Below the pieces are notes generated by a model that worked only from the letters and a program-made list of their open reading frames with translations, was not told the origin of the DNA and did no database searches. From positions 1-64,000 of the forward strand of contig CACPJC010000001.1 in assembly GCA_902634185.1 (NCBI GenBank): a stretch of DNA of 64,000 bases, in the 5' to 3' direction. Numbering within the stretch: the first letter of the stretch is position 1; the number at the start of each line of letters is the position of its first letter. Both the position numbers and the translations under genes were made by a program. Below are positions 19,965-29,645 of this stretch, one piece after another. The DNA comes from an uncultured Candidatus Actinomarina sp. Lineage in GTDB: Bacteria; Actinomycetota; Acidimicrobiia; Actinomarinales; Actinomarinaceae.

Positions 19965-21024
19965 TATCTGCAAAAAATCTGTCAATATATTCTGACAAGT
20001 AGTCAACCATCTCGTCTGTAATTGAATTATAAAGACTAATTCTTATTCCCCCCTGGCTTCTATGTCCATTCAGACCAAGAATTCCTTTTTCAGTTGCTTC
20101 TATAAGAAATTTCTTTTCCAAATCCTCATTTTTGAATTTAAAAATTATATTGGATCTACTTTTTGAATAGTCACTGACAGGTATTATTACAAAATCACCA
20201 TAACTCTCTAATTGTTCATATAGTCTTGATGATTGTCTAATTGATTTTTCTTCAAAATGGTTTATACCCCCCATTGCAATCATCCAATCGGTTACCAGCT
20301 TTAGGACGTATATCGAAAAAGTAGGAGGTGTGTTCAACAAAGAATTCTTTTCCACCAATTGTCCAAGGTTGAGGTATCTAGAATTATCTTCTGAATTTAA
20401 ATATTTTTCATCACCAATACATATTGAGACTCCTGGAATACCCATATTTTTTTGAGCTCCTGCATAAACATAAGCTAAATTGTCCCATTCAAAACTATAA
20501 GAACCAATATCTGAGGACATATCAATGAGTAATGAATCATGTTCAATTTTATTGAATTCCCTTAATTGGACACCATTTATTGTCTCGTTTGAAGTTAGGT
20601 GCAAATAATCAACACCTTCGAGGTCCCAAGGTGTTTGAATATAATTTTCAATTTCATTATCGCTTACTTCAATTATTTTCGTATCTCTAATTTTTGAGAA
20701 ATCTTCAACTGAGTACCTCCCCCATGTTCCTGTGACTAGACATCCTAAAAGTTTATTTTCTTTATCAAAGTTATTAGCGATAAAGGTATTCTGATATGTT
20801 GCTCCCCCTTGCAAGAGAAGAGTGAAATAATTAGATGGAATATTAAAAATATTTATCATATTCTCTTGAAGAGCGTTTATTAATGTTTCAAAATCTTTAG
20901 ATCTGTGTCCAATCTCTAGAATTGACAAACCAGTTTTTTGATAATTAGCTATTGCCTCTTGGGACTTACTGATAATAGAAGGATCTAATCTTGCTGGACC
21001 CGGTGAAAAATTATGTATTTGCAT
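19954..21024 (-). CDS. serC: Phosphoserine aminotransferase
   Basis: NFSPGP, GHRS, QGGA, NETINGV, DMSS, GAQKN, NTPP, GHRSQGGIRISLYN. Confidence 0.96.
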   Translation of the reverse strand: MQIHNFSPGPARLDPSIISKSQEAIANYQKTGLSILEIGHRSKDFETLINALQENMINIFNIPSNYFTLLLQGGATYQNTFIANNFDKENKLLGCLVTGTWGRYSVEDFSKIRDTKIIEVSDNEIENYIQTPWDLEGVDYLHLTSNETINGVQLREFNKIEHDSLLIDMSSDIGSYSFEWDNLAYVYAGAQKNMGIPGVSICIGDEKYLNSEDNSRYLNLGQLVEKNSLLNTPPTFSIYVLKLVTDWMIAMGGINHFEEKSIRQSSRLYEQLESYGDFVIIPVSDYSKSRSNIIFKFKNEDLEKKFLIEATEKGILGLNGHRSQGGIRISLYNSITDEMVDYLSEYIDRFFADNGK

Positions 21025-22396
21025 TTATATCATCTTTCATAAAAATCAAATTATACGCTGCACCAATGATTAAGCCATAGAACGCATTGACTTCTTCAAC
21101 TGGACTAACAAAGAAAAATAAAATAAAACTGGAAAAGAAAAACAATTTAAGTAACTCTTTTTTTTGAACAATAATGTTCAGGAATATTAAAAACAGTATT
21201 AGAGGAAAAATAATTCCGAAAGCTTGAGTATAAAACACAAACAAATTTTGAACATTTAGATCATATTTAAGTAGTGAATAATTACCAGTACCAAAATTTT
21301 GGGTGCTATATCTTTGGAGAAGATATTTAGGTAATGTCCTATTCGTAAAATACATTTCTTCATTAACTCTTACTGAAGAATAATCTTGATAATCAGAGTT
21401 AATATTGATAATGCTTTTAGGTGTAATATCTCTCAATGAGTTAATGAAAAAATTCAATACATTTAATCTGTCATTACCCAGGCCCAATTCTTCAGTGTCT
21501 GAATTTACATCAATTTTTAATTCACCAGAAGCATTCATTTTTTGAACATCTTCTTCATATTCAATACATTGCCTACTATCTGAATTTAAATTACATTCAA
21601 AAACTCCAAAATTAGACATTACAAGTGAAATAGCCAAGAACAATAAAAGCGATTTATTTAACTCTTTTGTTTTTAGATAGTTAAATAAGACGAACGTAAG
21701 AAAAAGTATACAAAATAACCGCAAATAATTACTTCTTGATAAACCTAATGCAACTCCAGAAATTATGGATAACAAATAATTACTACTTTTATATTTGTAA
21801 AGATACAAAACAACGAGTGGCATTAAAAAAGATATTAATAAAACTGGCTCTCTAAATGTACCCATTGCTCTGTGTGGTTCTGATAACCAAAAAGTAGATT
21901 GGTCGGAGTCTCCAAAAAGATTAGTGTTTGATCTATTTCTTATAAATTCACTTAAGTCATAGATTTGGGCGATAAATATATAGATTGTCAAAGCTGACAT
22001 TACTCCAATTAAATATTTCCAAGTGTCAAAAAAGGACATTATTTTTTCATTTCTAAAGTAAGTCAATGAAAATAAAAGAACTATAACAAATGAGAATATG
22101 TTAAGTAATCGTAAAAAGAGGTATTGTATTTCTCCACGTGAAACTTCATTGAAGAAAATATATATTATCTGTGGAATCATGACGACTGCAATCAATATTG
22201 AAACAATTACAAGATTTTTTGAGTCATAGAATAATTTGTATTTAGTTAAAGCAAACAAAAACAATAAGGTCATACCTAACCATGGAATTGGTATGCCAAA
22301 AATTTGATAAGCATCCAAAAAAACGAGCAAAACAGAAACCATTAAAAACATAATTTCGTAAGTGTTTTGGCTAGATTGTTTATTTATCTGCATCAT
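21011..22396 (-). CDS. Wzy/O-antigen ligase-like membrane protein
   Basis: Multi-TM; RAMGTFREP motif; next to flippase and glycosyltransferase. Confidence 0.7.
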   Translation of the reverse strand: MMQINKQSSQNTYEIMFLMVSVLLVFLDAYQIFGIPIPWLGMTLLFLFALTKYKLFYDSKNLVIVSILIAVVMIPQIIYIFFNEVSRGEIQYLFLRLLNIFSFVIVLLFSLTYFRNEKIMSFFDTWKYLIGVMSALTIYIFIAQIYDLSEFIRNRSNTNLFGDSDQSTFWLSEPHRAMGTFREPVLLISFLMPLVVLYLYKYKSSNYLLSIISGVALGLSRSNYLRLFCILFLTFVLFNYLKTKELNKSLLLFLAISLVMSNFGVFECNLNSDSRQCIEYEEDVQKMNASGELKIDVNSDTEELGLGNDRLNVLNFFINSLRDITPKSIININSDYQDYSSVRVNEEMYFTNRTLPKYLLQRYSTQNFGTGNYSLLKYDLNVQNLFVFYTQAFGIIFPLILFLIFLNIIVQKKELLKLFFFSSFILFFFVSPVEEVNAFYGLIIGAAYNLIFMKDDINANT

Positions 22397-22420
22397 TCTT
22401 ATGTTAATGTTGAGATTTAT

Positions 22421-23671
22421 TCAATTTGATTTTATTTTTATCAAATATATGGTGTATTCAAATAATTTTTGTAAAACCATTGCAGAGCTTAAAGCAATAG
22501 CGACTCCTAGAGAGGAAAAAGAATCAGATAATAAGACTGCTAAAACGAGAAATACAAAAGAGTAAACAATTCGTCCATAAGCATGAAACTGGATTAAATC
22601 AGCAAATAATAGATACTGTCTTATCCAGAAACTTAACAAATAAGTAGTGAATCCTATTAACAACACCATCATTGGCTCAAATGAATTAATAAATTCCTCG
22701 TTACCAATAAATAAAATAAGATTTCGTCCAAAAATGAAATATATTCCAAATAACAATATTGAAATTGGTAACAAAATCCGCTTTAAGAAAGAAGTTATAT
22801 TGAAATCTTTGTCCTCAGACTTTAATTTGTTTTGTAGCCAAGGATTAAATGTAACAACAAGATAATTTATAGGTTCAACTAATCTTTTTGCAAATTGATA
22901 GATTCCAACAGTCTGTATATCAACGACTATAGCTAGTAGAATTACATCAAAATGTTGTGGTATAAGACCAATAATTTGGTCATATCTAATTTTTCCATAA
23001 GAAGATCTGATGGATTTTGAATATGCTTTGAAATGTCGAATCTTGAAATCTGAGGAATCACGATATTTATTTGAGAGATATAAACCAAAAAGCCCAAAGG
23101 TAATTCCATAGATTGATTGTGCAATTAGATAGTTTTCTACACTTGGATCATTTAAAAGTAAAAATACTAATGCAATAAACCTAACTACTACACTGCTAAT
23201 TTCAAGTATTGAGTATCTTCTTAAATCATTATGAAAAATCAGTATAGATTTACTTGTTTCTGAAAAAGTCTGAATAATTCTTGTAAGTAAATAAATTAAT
23301 AGAACATTTGATAATGTTTCAATGCCAAAATAATCACCCAAAGATGAATTAATAATTATTGGATTTGTAAAAATTACAATACAAAGTAAAAAACTACCAA
23401 TTCCGGTTATGAAGTTGAAAAAGATAGATTCAAAATAAAAGTTTTTTCCATCCTTAAGAACAAGAAGATTTACATCACTATTTCTTGCATGTGAAGCACG
23501 AAAGATAAGGCTTGGTACTGCAATTAAAAGTACTACTGCACCATATTTGGCAGGTCCGAGTTGGTTAACAACAAACGAGACTTGGATTACAGAGATTATT
23601 GCAATGGCAGATTGTGAACCAATCAAATCTTTTGTTTGATTAAATATTTCTCTTATATATTTTAAGTTCAT
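22421..23671 (-). CDS. Wzx-like oligosaccharide flippase
   Basis: About 12 TM; LGPAKYG and VGIYQFAKR motifs; start moved to 23671 to avoid tRNA overlap. Confidence 0.8.
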   Translation of the reverse strand: MNLKYIREIFNQTKDLIGSQSAIAIISVIQVSFVVNQLGPAKYGAVVLLIAVPSLIFRASHARNSDVNLLVLKDGKNFYFESIFFNFITGIGSFLLCIVIFTNPIIINSSLGDYFGIETLSNVLLIYLLTRIIQTFSETSKSILIFHNDLRRYSILEISSVVVRFIALVFLLLNDPSVENYLIAQSIYGITFGLFGLYLSNKYRDSSDFKIRHFKAYSKSIRSSYGKIRYDQIIGLIPQHFDVILLAIVVDIQTVGIYQFAKRLVEPINYLVVTFNPWLQNKLKSEDKDFNITSFLKRILLPISILLFGIYFIFGRNLILFIGNEEFINSFEPMMVLLIGFTTYLLSFWIRQYLLFADLIQFHAYGRIVYSFVFLVLAVLLSDSFSSLGVAIALSSAMVLQKLFEYTIYLIKIKSN

Positions 23672-23680
23672 ATTTGTTTG

Positions 23681-23753
23681 TGGAGCTGAGGGGATTTGAA
23701 CCCCTGACCCCGTGCATGCCATGCACGTGCTCTGCCAACTGAGCTACAGCCCC
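23681..23753 (-). tRNA. tRNA-Ala (GGC)
   Basis: GGGGCTG acceptor with G3:U70; CGTGC-ATGGCAT-GCACG anticodon arm. Confidence 0.96.
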
Positions 23754-23766
23754 AATACAATTAAGG

Positions 23767-24123
23767 TTACCCGTATTGAAGCATTAGATTACTATCAAAA
23801 AATAAATCCTCTAGATTGTAATATTCTCTTGCTTCCTCTGTGAAAAAGTGTATTCCGACACCTTCGAACTCAACTAATGCCCAAGACGAATCAATACCCT
23901 CAGAGAAAAAGTTTTTATTTTTTGATTTCACAAGATTTTTTAATTTTTTAACAGACGATACCATTTGAGTATTTGATGTAACATTACACATTATCACCAC
24001 ATCAAAAAAACTATTTTTTTCTACCTTAAATGCTTTTATGTTTGTACATTTTTGAGTGAGTAAAATATCTATGACGTTATCAAAGAAAAAATTGTTCGTA
24101 AATTCTGTTTTTCTTTCAGTCAC
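23767..24123 (-). CDS. rsfS: Ribosome silencing factor (divergent)
   Basis: EG..SSWALVEFEGVGIHFFTEEAREYYNLEDL; nadD-rsfS-tRNA-Ala synteny. Confidence 0.88.
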   Translation of the reverse strand: MTERKTEFTNNFFFDNVIDILLTQKCTNIKAFKVEKNSFFDVVIMCNVTSNTQMVSSVKKLKNLVKSKNKNFFSEGIDSSWALVEFEGVGIHFFTEEAREYYNLEDLFFDSNLMLQYG

Positions 24124-24169
24124 TTATAAATATGTTACCATGTAAAAAATAAAGACACTATTCTAAATA

Positions 24170-24580
24170 GTGAGGAGAGAGTTGACAAGAATTAGAAACC
24201 TTTTTGGCTTATTAGAGACACTTTTTAACAGCAGGCGATTGAGAACCATACTTGCTGCATTATTATTTTTTATTTTCCTATTTGGCTATCTTTTTTATGC
24301 TTCAGAACCTGATGTAAGAAACTTAGGTGATGGTATATGGTGGGCTCTAGTAACTATTACAACTGTTGGCTATGGAGATATCACACCAGTAACAACTTTA
24401 GGAAGAGTTGTGGCAAGTTCTCTTATGTTGCTTGGATTAGGATTAATTGCTACGATAACAGCAATTGTTTCAGCCAAATTTATTCAAAATTTTGTTGATC
24501 ATCACACGAATGATGATGTTCTGGAAAAACTTGATGAAATGCAACTTGAATTGGATGATATTAAGAAAAAACTTCAATAA
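24170..24580 (+). CDS. Two-TM KcsA-like potassium channel
   Basis: WWALVTITTVGYGD selectivity filter; short C-terminal coiled coil. Confidence 0.93.
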   Translation: MRRELTRIRNLFGLLETLFNSRRLRTILAALLFFIFLFGYLFYASEPDVRNLGDGIWWALVTITTVGYGDITPVTTLGRVVASSLMLLGLGLIATITAIVSAKFIQNFVDHHTNDDVLEKLDEMQLELDDIKKKLQ

Positions 24581-25140
24581 AGATTGTTATCTTTAATATA
24601 ATTTAAAATCTCTTTTGATAAATCGTCATCATTAAACTCATTTCTTTTAAGCTTATTTCTTATAGTGCTTGAACTTAAGTCAACTTTTTCGCCATCAATA
24701 AGTGAGTATTCAAATGGAAAGTACTCTTCTAAAGTCTTATTACTGTCTTTCCTTCTAAGTGCAATTAAAAAGTTAGTAAGCTCAGGTAATTTACTGTGGT
24801 TTTTCCAAGTTTTTATATTCATTGCCGTGTCAGAACCTAAGATAAAATACAAATCTTCCTTTGGATGGTCTAGTCGAAGTAGTGTTTCGTATGTATAAGA
24901 AGGATTTTCCTCAGATTTTTCTATATCGCTAATTTCAAAAAATTCAGATTCATTGATTAATATTTTTGTCATTTCAAACCTATGAAGAAATGATGTAGAA
25001 TCTTTTTTTTGCCATGGATTTCCTGAAGGAATAAAAATTACCTTGTTCAGACCAAATTGAGATATTGACCTTCTGGCTATTTCTAAATGGGCACCATGAG
25101 GAGGGTCAAAGGTTCCCCCAAGTACACCAATCTTATTCAC
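24574..25140 (-). CDS. nadD: Nicotinate-nucleotide adenylyltransferase
   Basis: GGTFDPPHGAH, SYTYET, ILGSD, SSSTIR. Confidence 0.95.
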   Translation of the reverse strand: MNKIGVLGGTFDPPHGAHLEIARRSISQFGLNKVIFIPSGNPWQKKDSTSFLHRFEMTKILINESEFFEISDIEKSEENPSYTYETLLRLDHPKEDLYFILGSDTAMNIKTWKNHSKLPELTNFLIALRRKDSNKTLEEYFPFEYSLIDGEKVDLSSSTIRNKLKRNEFNDDDLSKEILNYIKDNNLY

Positions 25141-26510
25141 TTTAGATCTCTTTTAAAATCAATTGAGTTAACAAAGGCTTTCATTTGGTTATAGTTTCTA
25201 ACTTCTGATGTATTGTTGGTAACTCTATCAAATTTTCTAATTAAACTATCACCCGTGTTCCAGTACTTAAGTCTTTCAGGATTCAACCAATAAATATTTT
25301 TGAAAGATTTACCAACCTCATTTACAAGTTCTTCGTCTATATCACGATAATTATTTCTGGCATCTCCAATGACTATCAGACATTTATAGTTAGCATTACT
25401 TTTCTTTACCTCATCAACTAGCTCTTCAAAAGTTCTTGAATAGTCAGAATGACCATCTTGTTTTACAAAGTTATTCCAATTCTTTAAGAATGATTCTATC
25501 TCGGTTTTTTTTAGCTTTTTGATATCTTTTGTTACTTCAGTAATTCCATCAATGAAAACAAAAGACTTTATTGAATTGAATCTGCTTACCATTCCATAGA
25601 GTAATGTAAGTCCAAAAAGTGAATATAGTGCCATTGAACCGCTGATATCACATAAAATTACAAGCTTTGGTTTTTTCTTATTCTTGGGTTTATAAATAAT
25701 ATTTTGGAGGACCCCACCAGACTGGATCGACTTTCTTATGGTTTTTCTTAAGTTAAGATTTCCTTTGTTTGAGAATTTTATCTGCTTTTTAAATTTTATA
25801 GCTAGTTTGTTTCCAAGTGCATACGTTTGTTCAAGTAGTTTTTTTCTTTCTTCACTATTTGTATAAAGATAATCTAACTCATTTAATTGATCTTTATTAT
25901 CTAATTCAGAAGGTTGATAGGCATCTCTTGTTTTATTTCTCTCTTCTTTTAATAGCTCTAACAACTTTAAATCGAGAAAGTTTGAGAAGTTTTCTCTATT
26001 TAAATTATTAATTATATTCTTAAAAGAATCCTCAAATTGAACATCAAAAAGACTCAATATATCTTCATAGGCTTTCGTTTTCTTTAACTGATTTAACCAA
26101 TAAGCATTAGAAACGGGTCTAGAAAAGTCTAGATTTTCAAAATCTTGTATTATTTCTATTGCAATTTTAGAAAAGTCAATATCTCTGCTCTCGTTATTGA
26201 TGAGAACATCTTGAAAATTTTCATTGAGATCATATTCATCAAAAAAATTAAACTCGAAGGATGTGCTTTCCTCAAATTTAAAATTGAAATATTCTGAGAT
26301 TAAATGTTTAAGTTTTTCTTTTTCATCTTTGTCTTTTGGAATTAAGAAAAAGAGATACCTAATCTTTTCTTCAAAGGATTGGATTTTTTTTGATTCTATG
26401 TATCCAAAATAAGTTTGGAGTTTATCAATAGATATAAAAAATTGTTGTTCTTTACAAAACTGTGAAAAAGAAACTATTTCATTCTTGAATGAGCTCATTT
26501 GCATTTTCAA
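25137..26510 (-). CDS. VWA domain protein (CoxE-like)
   Basis: LCDISGSM MIDAS, GDARNN, YWLNPE..W.TGDS. Confidence 0.9.
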   Translation of the reverse strand: MKMQMSSFKNEIVSFSQFCKEQQFFISIDKLQTYFGYIESKKIQSFEEKIRYLFFLIPKDKDEKEKLKHLISEYFNFKFEESTSFEFNFFDEYDLNENFQDVLINNESRDIDFSKIAIEIIQDFENLDFSRPVSNAYWLNQLKKTKAYEDILSLFDVQFEDSFKNIINNLNRENFSNFLDLKLLELLKEERNKTRDAYQPSELDNKDQLNELDYLYTNSEERKKLLEQTYALGNKLAIKFKKQIKFSNKGNLNLRKTIRKSIQSGGVLQNIIYKPKNKKKPKLVILCDISGSMALYSLFGLTLLYGMVSRFNSIKSFVFIDGITEVTKDIKKLKKTEIESFLKNWNNFVKQDGHSDYSRTFEELVDEVKKSNANYKCLIVIGDARNNYRDIDEELVNEVGKSFKNIYWLNPERLKYWNTGDSLIRKFDRVTNNTSEVRNYNQMKAFVNSIDFKRDLK

Positions 26511-27309
26511 TTTGTTCTTTGTACTTCTCTTGATCAGACTTATCCTTTAAAAGTACACCTAAGTTATCTATTGTGGACTTGTTTTTATTTAAAAAGTTAT
26601 ATTTTACCCACTCTACAGACTCGATTAATGATGGGATTTTGTTTAAGTTGAGTTTCCTTACAAAAGATATAAAAGAAGCATAGCTTTTTGCTTGAGCCTC
26701 TGATATTTCTTCGATACTGTTCATTAAAACTTTAGATTCAATATCAATTGAAGGGAAATCAAGATAGAAATAAATACATCTTCTCTTCAGGGCATCTGAT
26801 AACTCTCTTGTTCCATTTGATGTGAGGATGGTAATTCTATTATCATTTCCGTTAATTGTTCCAAACTCAGGTATAGTGACTTGATTTTCTGCAAGAATCT
26901 CAAGTAACAATGCTTCGAATTCTTCATCTGACCTATCTATTTCATCAATAAGAAATAGACTATCTTTTTCAGCTGTTAATGCATTGAGAATAGGTCGCTT
27001 GATAAGATATTTTTCATCAAAAAGATTTTCTGCATTTTTATCTTGTTGAATACTTAAAAGTTGCTTTTTATAATTCCATTCATAAACTGCCTTATCTTCG
27101 TCAATTCCTTCATGACACTGAAGTCTTATCAACTCTAGATTGAAAAGTGATGAAATTGCTTTTGCCAAAAATGTTTTACCAGTTCCAGCAGGACCTTCAA
27201 TCAATAATGGCTTTTTAAGAAATATTGCTGCGTTAACGACATCTACAAGATCTTCATTAGAAAAGTAACTTACACTTTCCAAATCTTTAATGCTTACCTC
27301 TTTATTCAT
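26479..27309 (-). CDS. MoxR/CoxD-like AAA+ ATPase
   Basis: EGPAGTGKT, RLQCHEG, YEWNY, LIDEIDR, TRELSDALKRRC. Confidence 0.93.
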   Translation of the reverse strand: MNKEVSIKDLESVSYFSNEDLVDVVNAAIFLKKPLLIEGPAGTGKTFLAKAISSLFNLELIRLQCHEGIDEDKAVYEWNYKKQLLSIQQDKNAENLFDEKYLIKRPILNALTAEKDSLFLIDEIDRSDEEFEALLLEILAENQVTIPEFGTINGNDNRITILTSNGTRELSDALKRRCIYFYLDFPSIDIESKVLMNSIEEISEAQAKSYASFISFVRKLNLNKIPSLIESVEWVKYNFLNKNKSTIDNLGVLLKDKSDQEKYKEQIENANELIQE

Positions 27310-28547
27310 CCTCTGACAGTTCCTTTTCCATTAATTACGTATCTTTCTGTTGTCAATGCTTCTAAGCCCATAGGTCCTCTTACATGTAATTTTTGAGTAC
27401 TTATTCCTATCTCAGCTCCAAAACCAAACATTTCTCCATCTGTAAATCTTGTCGAGGCATTTATAAATATCACAGATGAATCAATTGAGCTAGAGAATTT
27501 TTCGGCTATTTGTTCAGATTCAGTAAGAACACCCTCTGTATGGCCAGAAGAAAATTTATTGACATGCTTTATTGCCTCATTTTCATTTTCAACTATTTTT
27601 ATTGCTATTTTGAGATCCAAAAATTCGGTAGAATAATGCTCATCATTAGCAATTTCTAAATCTGGAAAATCATTGCTGGCTTTTTCATCGATAAAAACTT
27701 CAACCGAATTTTCTTTAAGGGCATTTATAATCACTTCACCATTTTTGTTATAAACATCCTTATGCAATATTAAAGTTTCTAAAGCATTACAAACTCCTGG
27801 TCTTTGGACCTTTGAATTGATAACTATAGGAACCATATACTCTTCTTTTGCATCTTCATGTATATAAAGGTGTACGTTTCCATCACCATCTAAAATAAAT
27901 GGAACTTTTGAGTTATTTACCAATGTATCAATTAATCCTCTACCGCCTCGTGGAACAATCAAATCAATATACTCAGTCATATTCATAAATTCGATTGTAT
28001 CTTCTCTGTCTTTGCTCTCTATAAGCTGTATGCAATTCTTGGACAAATTATTTTTTTCTAAAGCTTTTTGTAACGTATTTAATATTTTTAGATTTGAATC
28101 CAAACAATAACTTGAGCCACGAAGGATAGATGCATTTCCTGATTTTAAACATAGACCTGAGACATCACTTGTAACATTTGGTCTTGCTTCATAAATAATC
28201 CCTATTACTCCAAAAGGTGATCTTACTTTATTTATGTTCAATCCATCATCGGATGTCCAAGATTCTGTTATCTTACCAACTGGATCTTCGAGAGGTATTA
28301 TCTTTTTTAAGCCATCTGACATACCTTGAATTCTCTCTTTATTTAGAGTTAATCTATCGGTTAAAGCAGCGGTTAACTCTAATTGTTTAGCATTTTCTAA
28401 ATCAATTTTGTTTGCCTCAATAATTTCGTCAGCATCATTGACTAGTTCTGACGCCATGTCATTTAATACTTTATTTTTAGTATCTGTATCGATTGTTTTT
28501 AGCTCTTCGGCTGCCAGAAGAGCTTTTTTACCTATTTCTTTAAGCAC
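27306..28547 (-). CDS. proA: Glutamate-5-semialdehyde dehydrogenase
   Basis: IYEARPNVT, PRGG, CNALET, NASTRFTDG, STQKLHVRGPMG. Confidence 0.97.
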   Translation of the reverse strand: MLKEIGKKALLAAEELKTIDTDTKNKVLNDMASELVNDADEIIEANKIDLENAKQLELTAALTDRLTLNKERIQGMSDGLKKIIPLEDPVGKITESWTSDDGLNINKVRSPFGVIGIIYEARPNVTSDVSGLCLKSGNASILRGSSYCLDSNLKILNTLQKALEKNNLSKNCIQLIESKDREDTIEFMNMTEYIDLIVPRGGRGLIDTLVNNSKVPFILDGDGNVHLYIHEDAKEEYMVPIVINSKVQRPGVCNALETLILHKDVYNKNGEVIINALKENSVEVFIDEKASNDFPDLEIANDEHYSTEFLDLKIAIKIVENENEAIKHVNKFSSGHTEGVLTESEQIAEKFSSSIDSSVIFINASTRFTDGEMFGFGAEIGISTQKLHVRGPMGLEALTTERYVINGKGTVRG

Positions 28548-28586
28548 ATTACAAGAATAATTTGATTTGATGGAAAGTAAAATTTT

Positions 28587-29645
28587 TTAAAGAATTAATA
28601 GATTGTCTTTATGAATTACTACAGTGTTTTCAGTCTCTTTTAAATCTTGAATTTCTTTACTTGAAAAATTGACCACTCCCCTCGCAATTAATTCATTTTC
28701 TGAACTTTTCACTTCAACACCGGAGTTTTCATCAAAACTTTTATTTACATTTATTACACCTTTTGAAAGAAGTGATGCATCAGCTTTAAGTGCTTCAATA
28801 GCACCATCATCTATTACAATCTCGCCATCAATCGTCATACCAAAGGCAATCCAAAGTTTTTTTAATTTAATATTTTTCTTTGATGGCTTAATGATTGTGC
28901 CAATTTTTGAATCTTTTACAACCTCATTTATACAATTCGGAGACCATGAAATAATCTGTGTTTCGATTCCAGAAAAACCTGCCATCTGTGCTGCCATAAT
29001 TTTTGTTGAAAAACCCCCCATACCTTTTCCAGATGACGATTTAGGAATAAGATCATTTAATTCCTCAGAGTTATATTCAATATTTTCTATTTTTTTTGCT
29101 TCCTCAATCTTTTCAGGATCAGAATCAAATAAGCCTTCTTTATCTGTAATTACCACCAATTTGTCAGCTTTAAGTAAAATTGAGACAATTGCTGAAAGCC
29201 TATCGTTATCTCCAAATTTTAACTCTTCCGTTGCAACTACATCATTTTCATTAATCACTGGAATAATATTCTTTGATATGAGACCATTCAAAGCCTCTGT
29301 AGTGTTAATGAACTGGTTTCTGTCTTCCAGTACATTTTTTGAGATGAGAACCTGAGCAATATTTAATTGATGAGAATTAAATAACTCCTTGTATTTGTTA
29401 ATAAGACTGACTTGACCAACTGCAGATGCTACCTGTAACTCCTTTAGGTTTTTTGGTCGTTCTGATAGATTTAACTCATTTGCGCCAGATTGTACTGCAC
29501 CTGATGTGACAATAGCAAAATTGATACCTTCTTTTCTCAATTCATTTACTGAAACAGCTAGTGAATCAATAACATCATCTCGAAGAACGTCTTCTTTAAA
29601 CAAGGTGTTTGTGCCAATTTTTATTACTATAGTTTTGTTACTCAT
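28587..29645 (-). CDS. proB: Glutamate 5-kinase
   Basis: VIKIGT, TSGAV, INENDVV, FGDNDRLSA, PUA domain. Confidence 0.97.
   Translation of the reverse strand: MSNKTIVIKIGTNTLFKEDVLRDDVIDSLAVSVNELRKEGINFAIVTSGAVQSGANELNLSERPKNLKELQVASAVGQVSLINKYKELFNSHQLNIAQVLISKNVLEDRNQFINTTEALNGLISKNIIPVINENDVVATEELKFGDNDRLSAIVSILLKADKLVVITDKEGLFDSDPEKIEEAKKIENIEYNSEELNDLIPKSSSGKGMGGFSTKIMAAQMAGFSGIETQIISWSPNCINEVVKDSKIGTIIKPSKKNIKLKKLWIAFGMTIDGEIVIDDGAIEALKADASLLSKGVINVNKSFDENSGVEVKSSENELIARGVVNFSSKEIQDLKETENTVVIHKDNLLIL

Noticed and set aside
23672-23722. Extended ORF-track N-termini of wzx (also tig 45589-45651, clpP, cimA, DUF1015, GT4)
   Set aside because: Extensions run through tRNAs, a terminator or upstream CDS; better starts exist downstream
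25137-27309. CoxD/CoxE-like pair as evidence of a CO dehydrogenase cluster or a novel insertion
   Set aside because: No coxMSL in the window, and a MoxR-VWA pair after proA and before nadD is a known actinobacterial arrangement (e.g. mycobacteria)
28669-29355. Long antisense ORF (228 aa) and the many other shadow ORFs opposite core genes
   Set aside because: Fully nested antisense to well-identified genes, Ser/Ile/Phe-rich as expected from codon mirroring, no motifs
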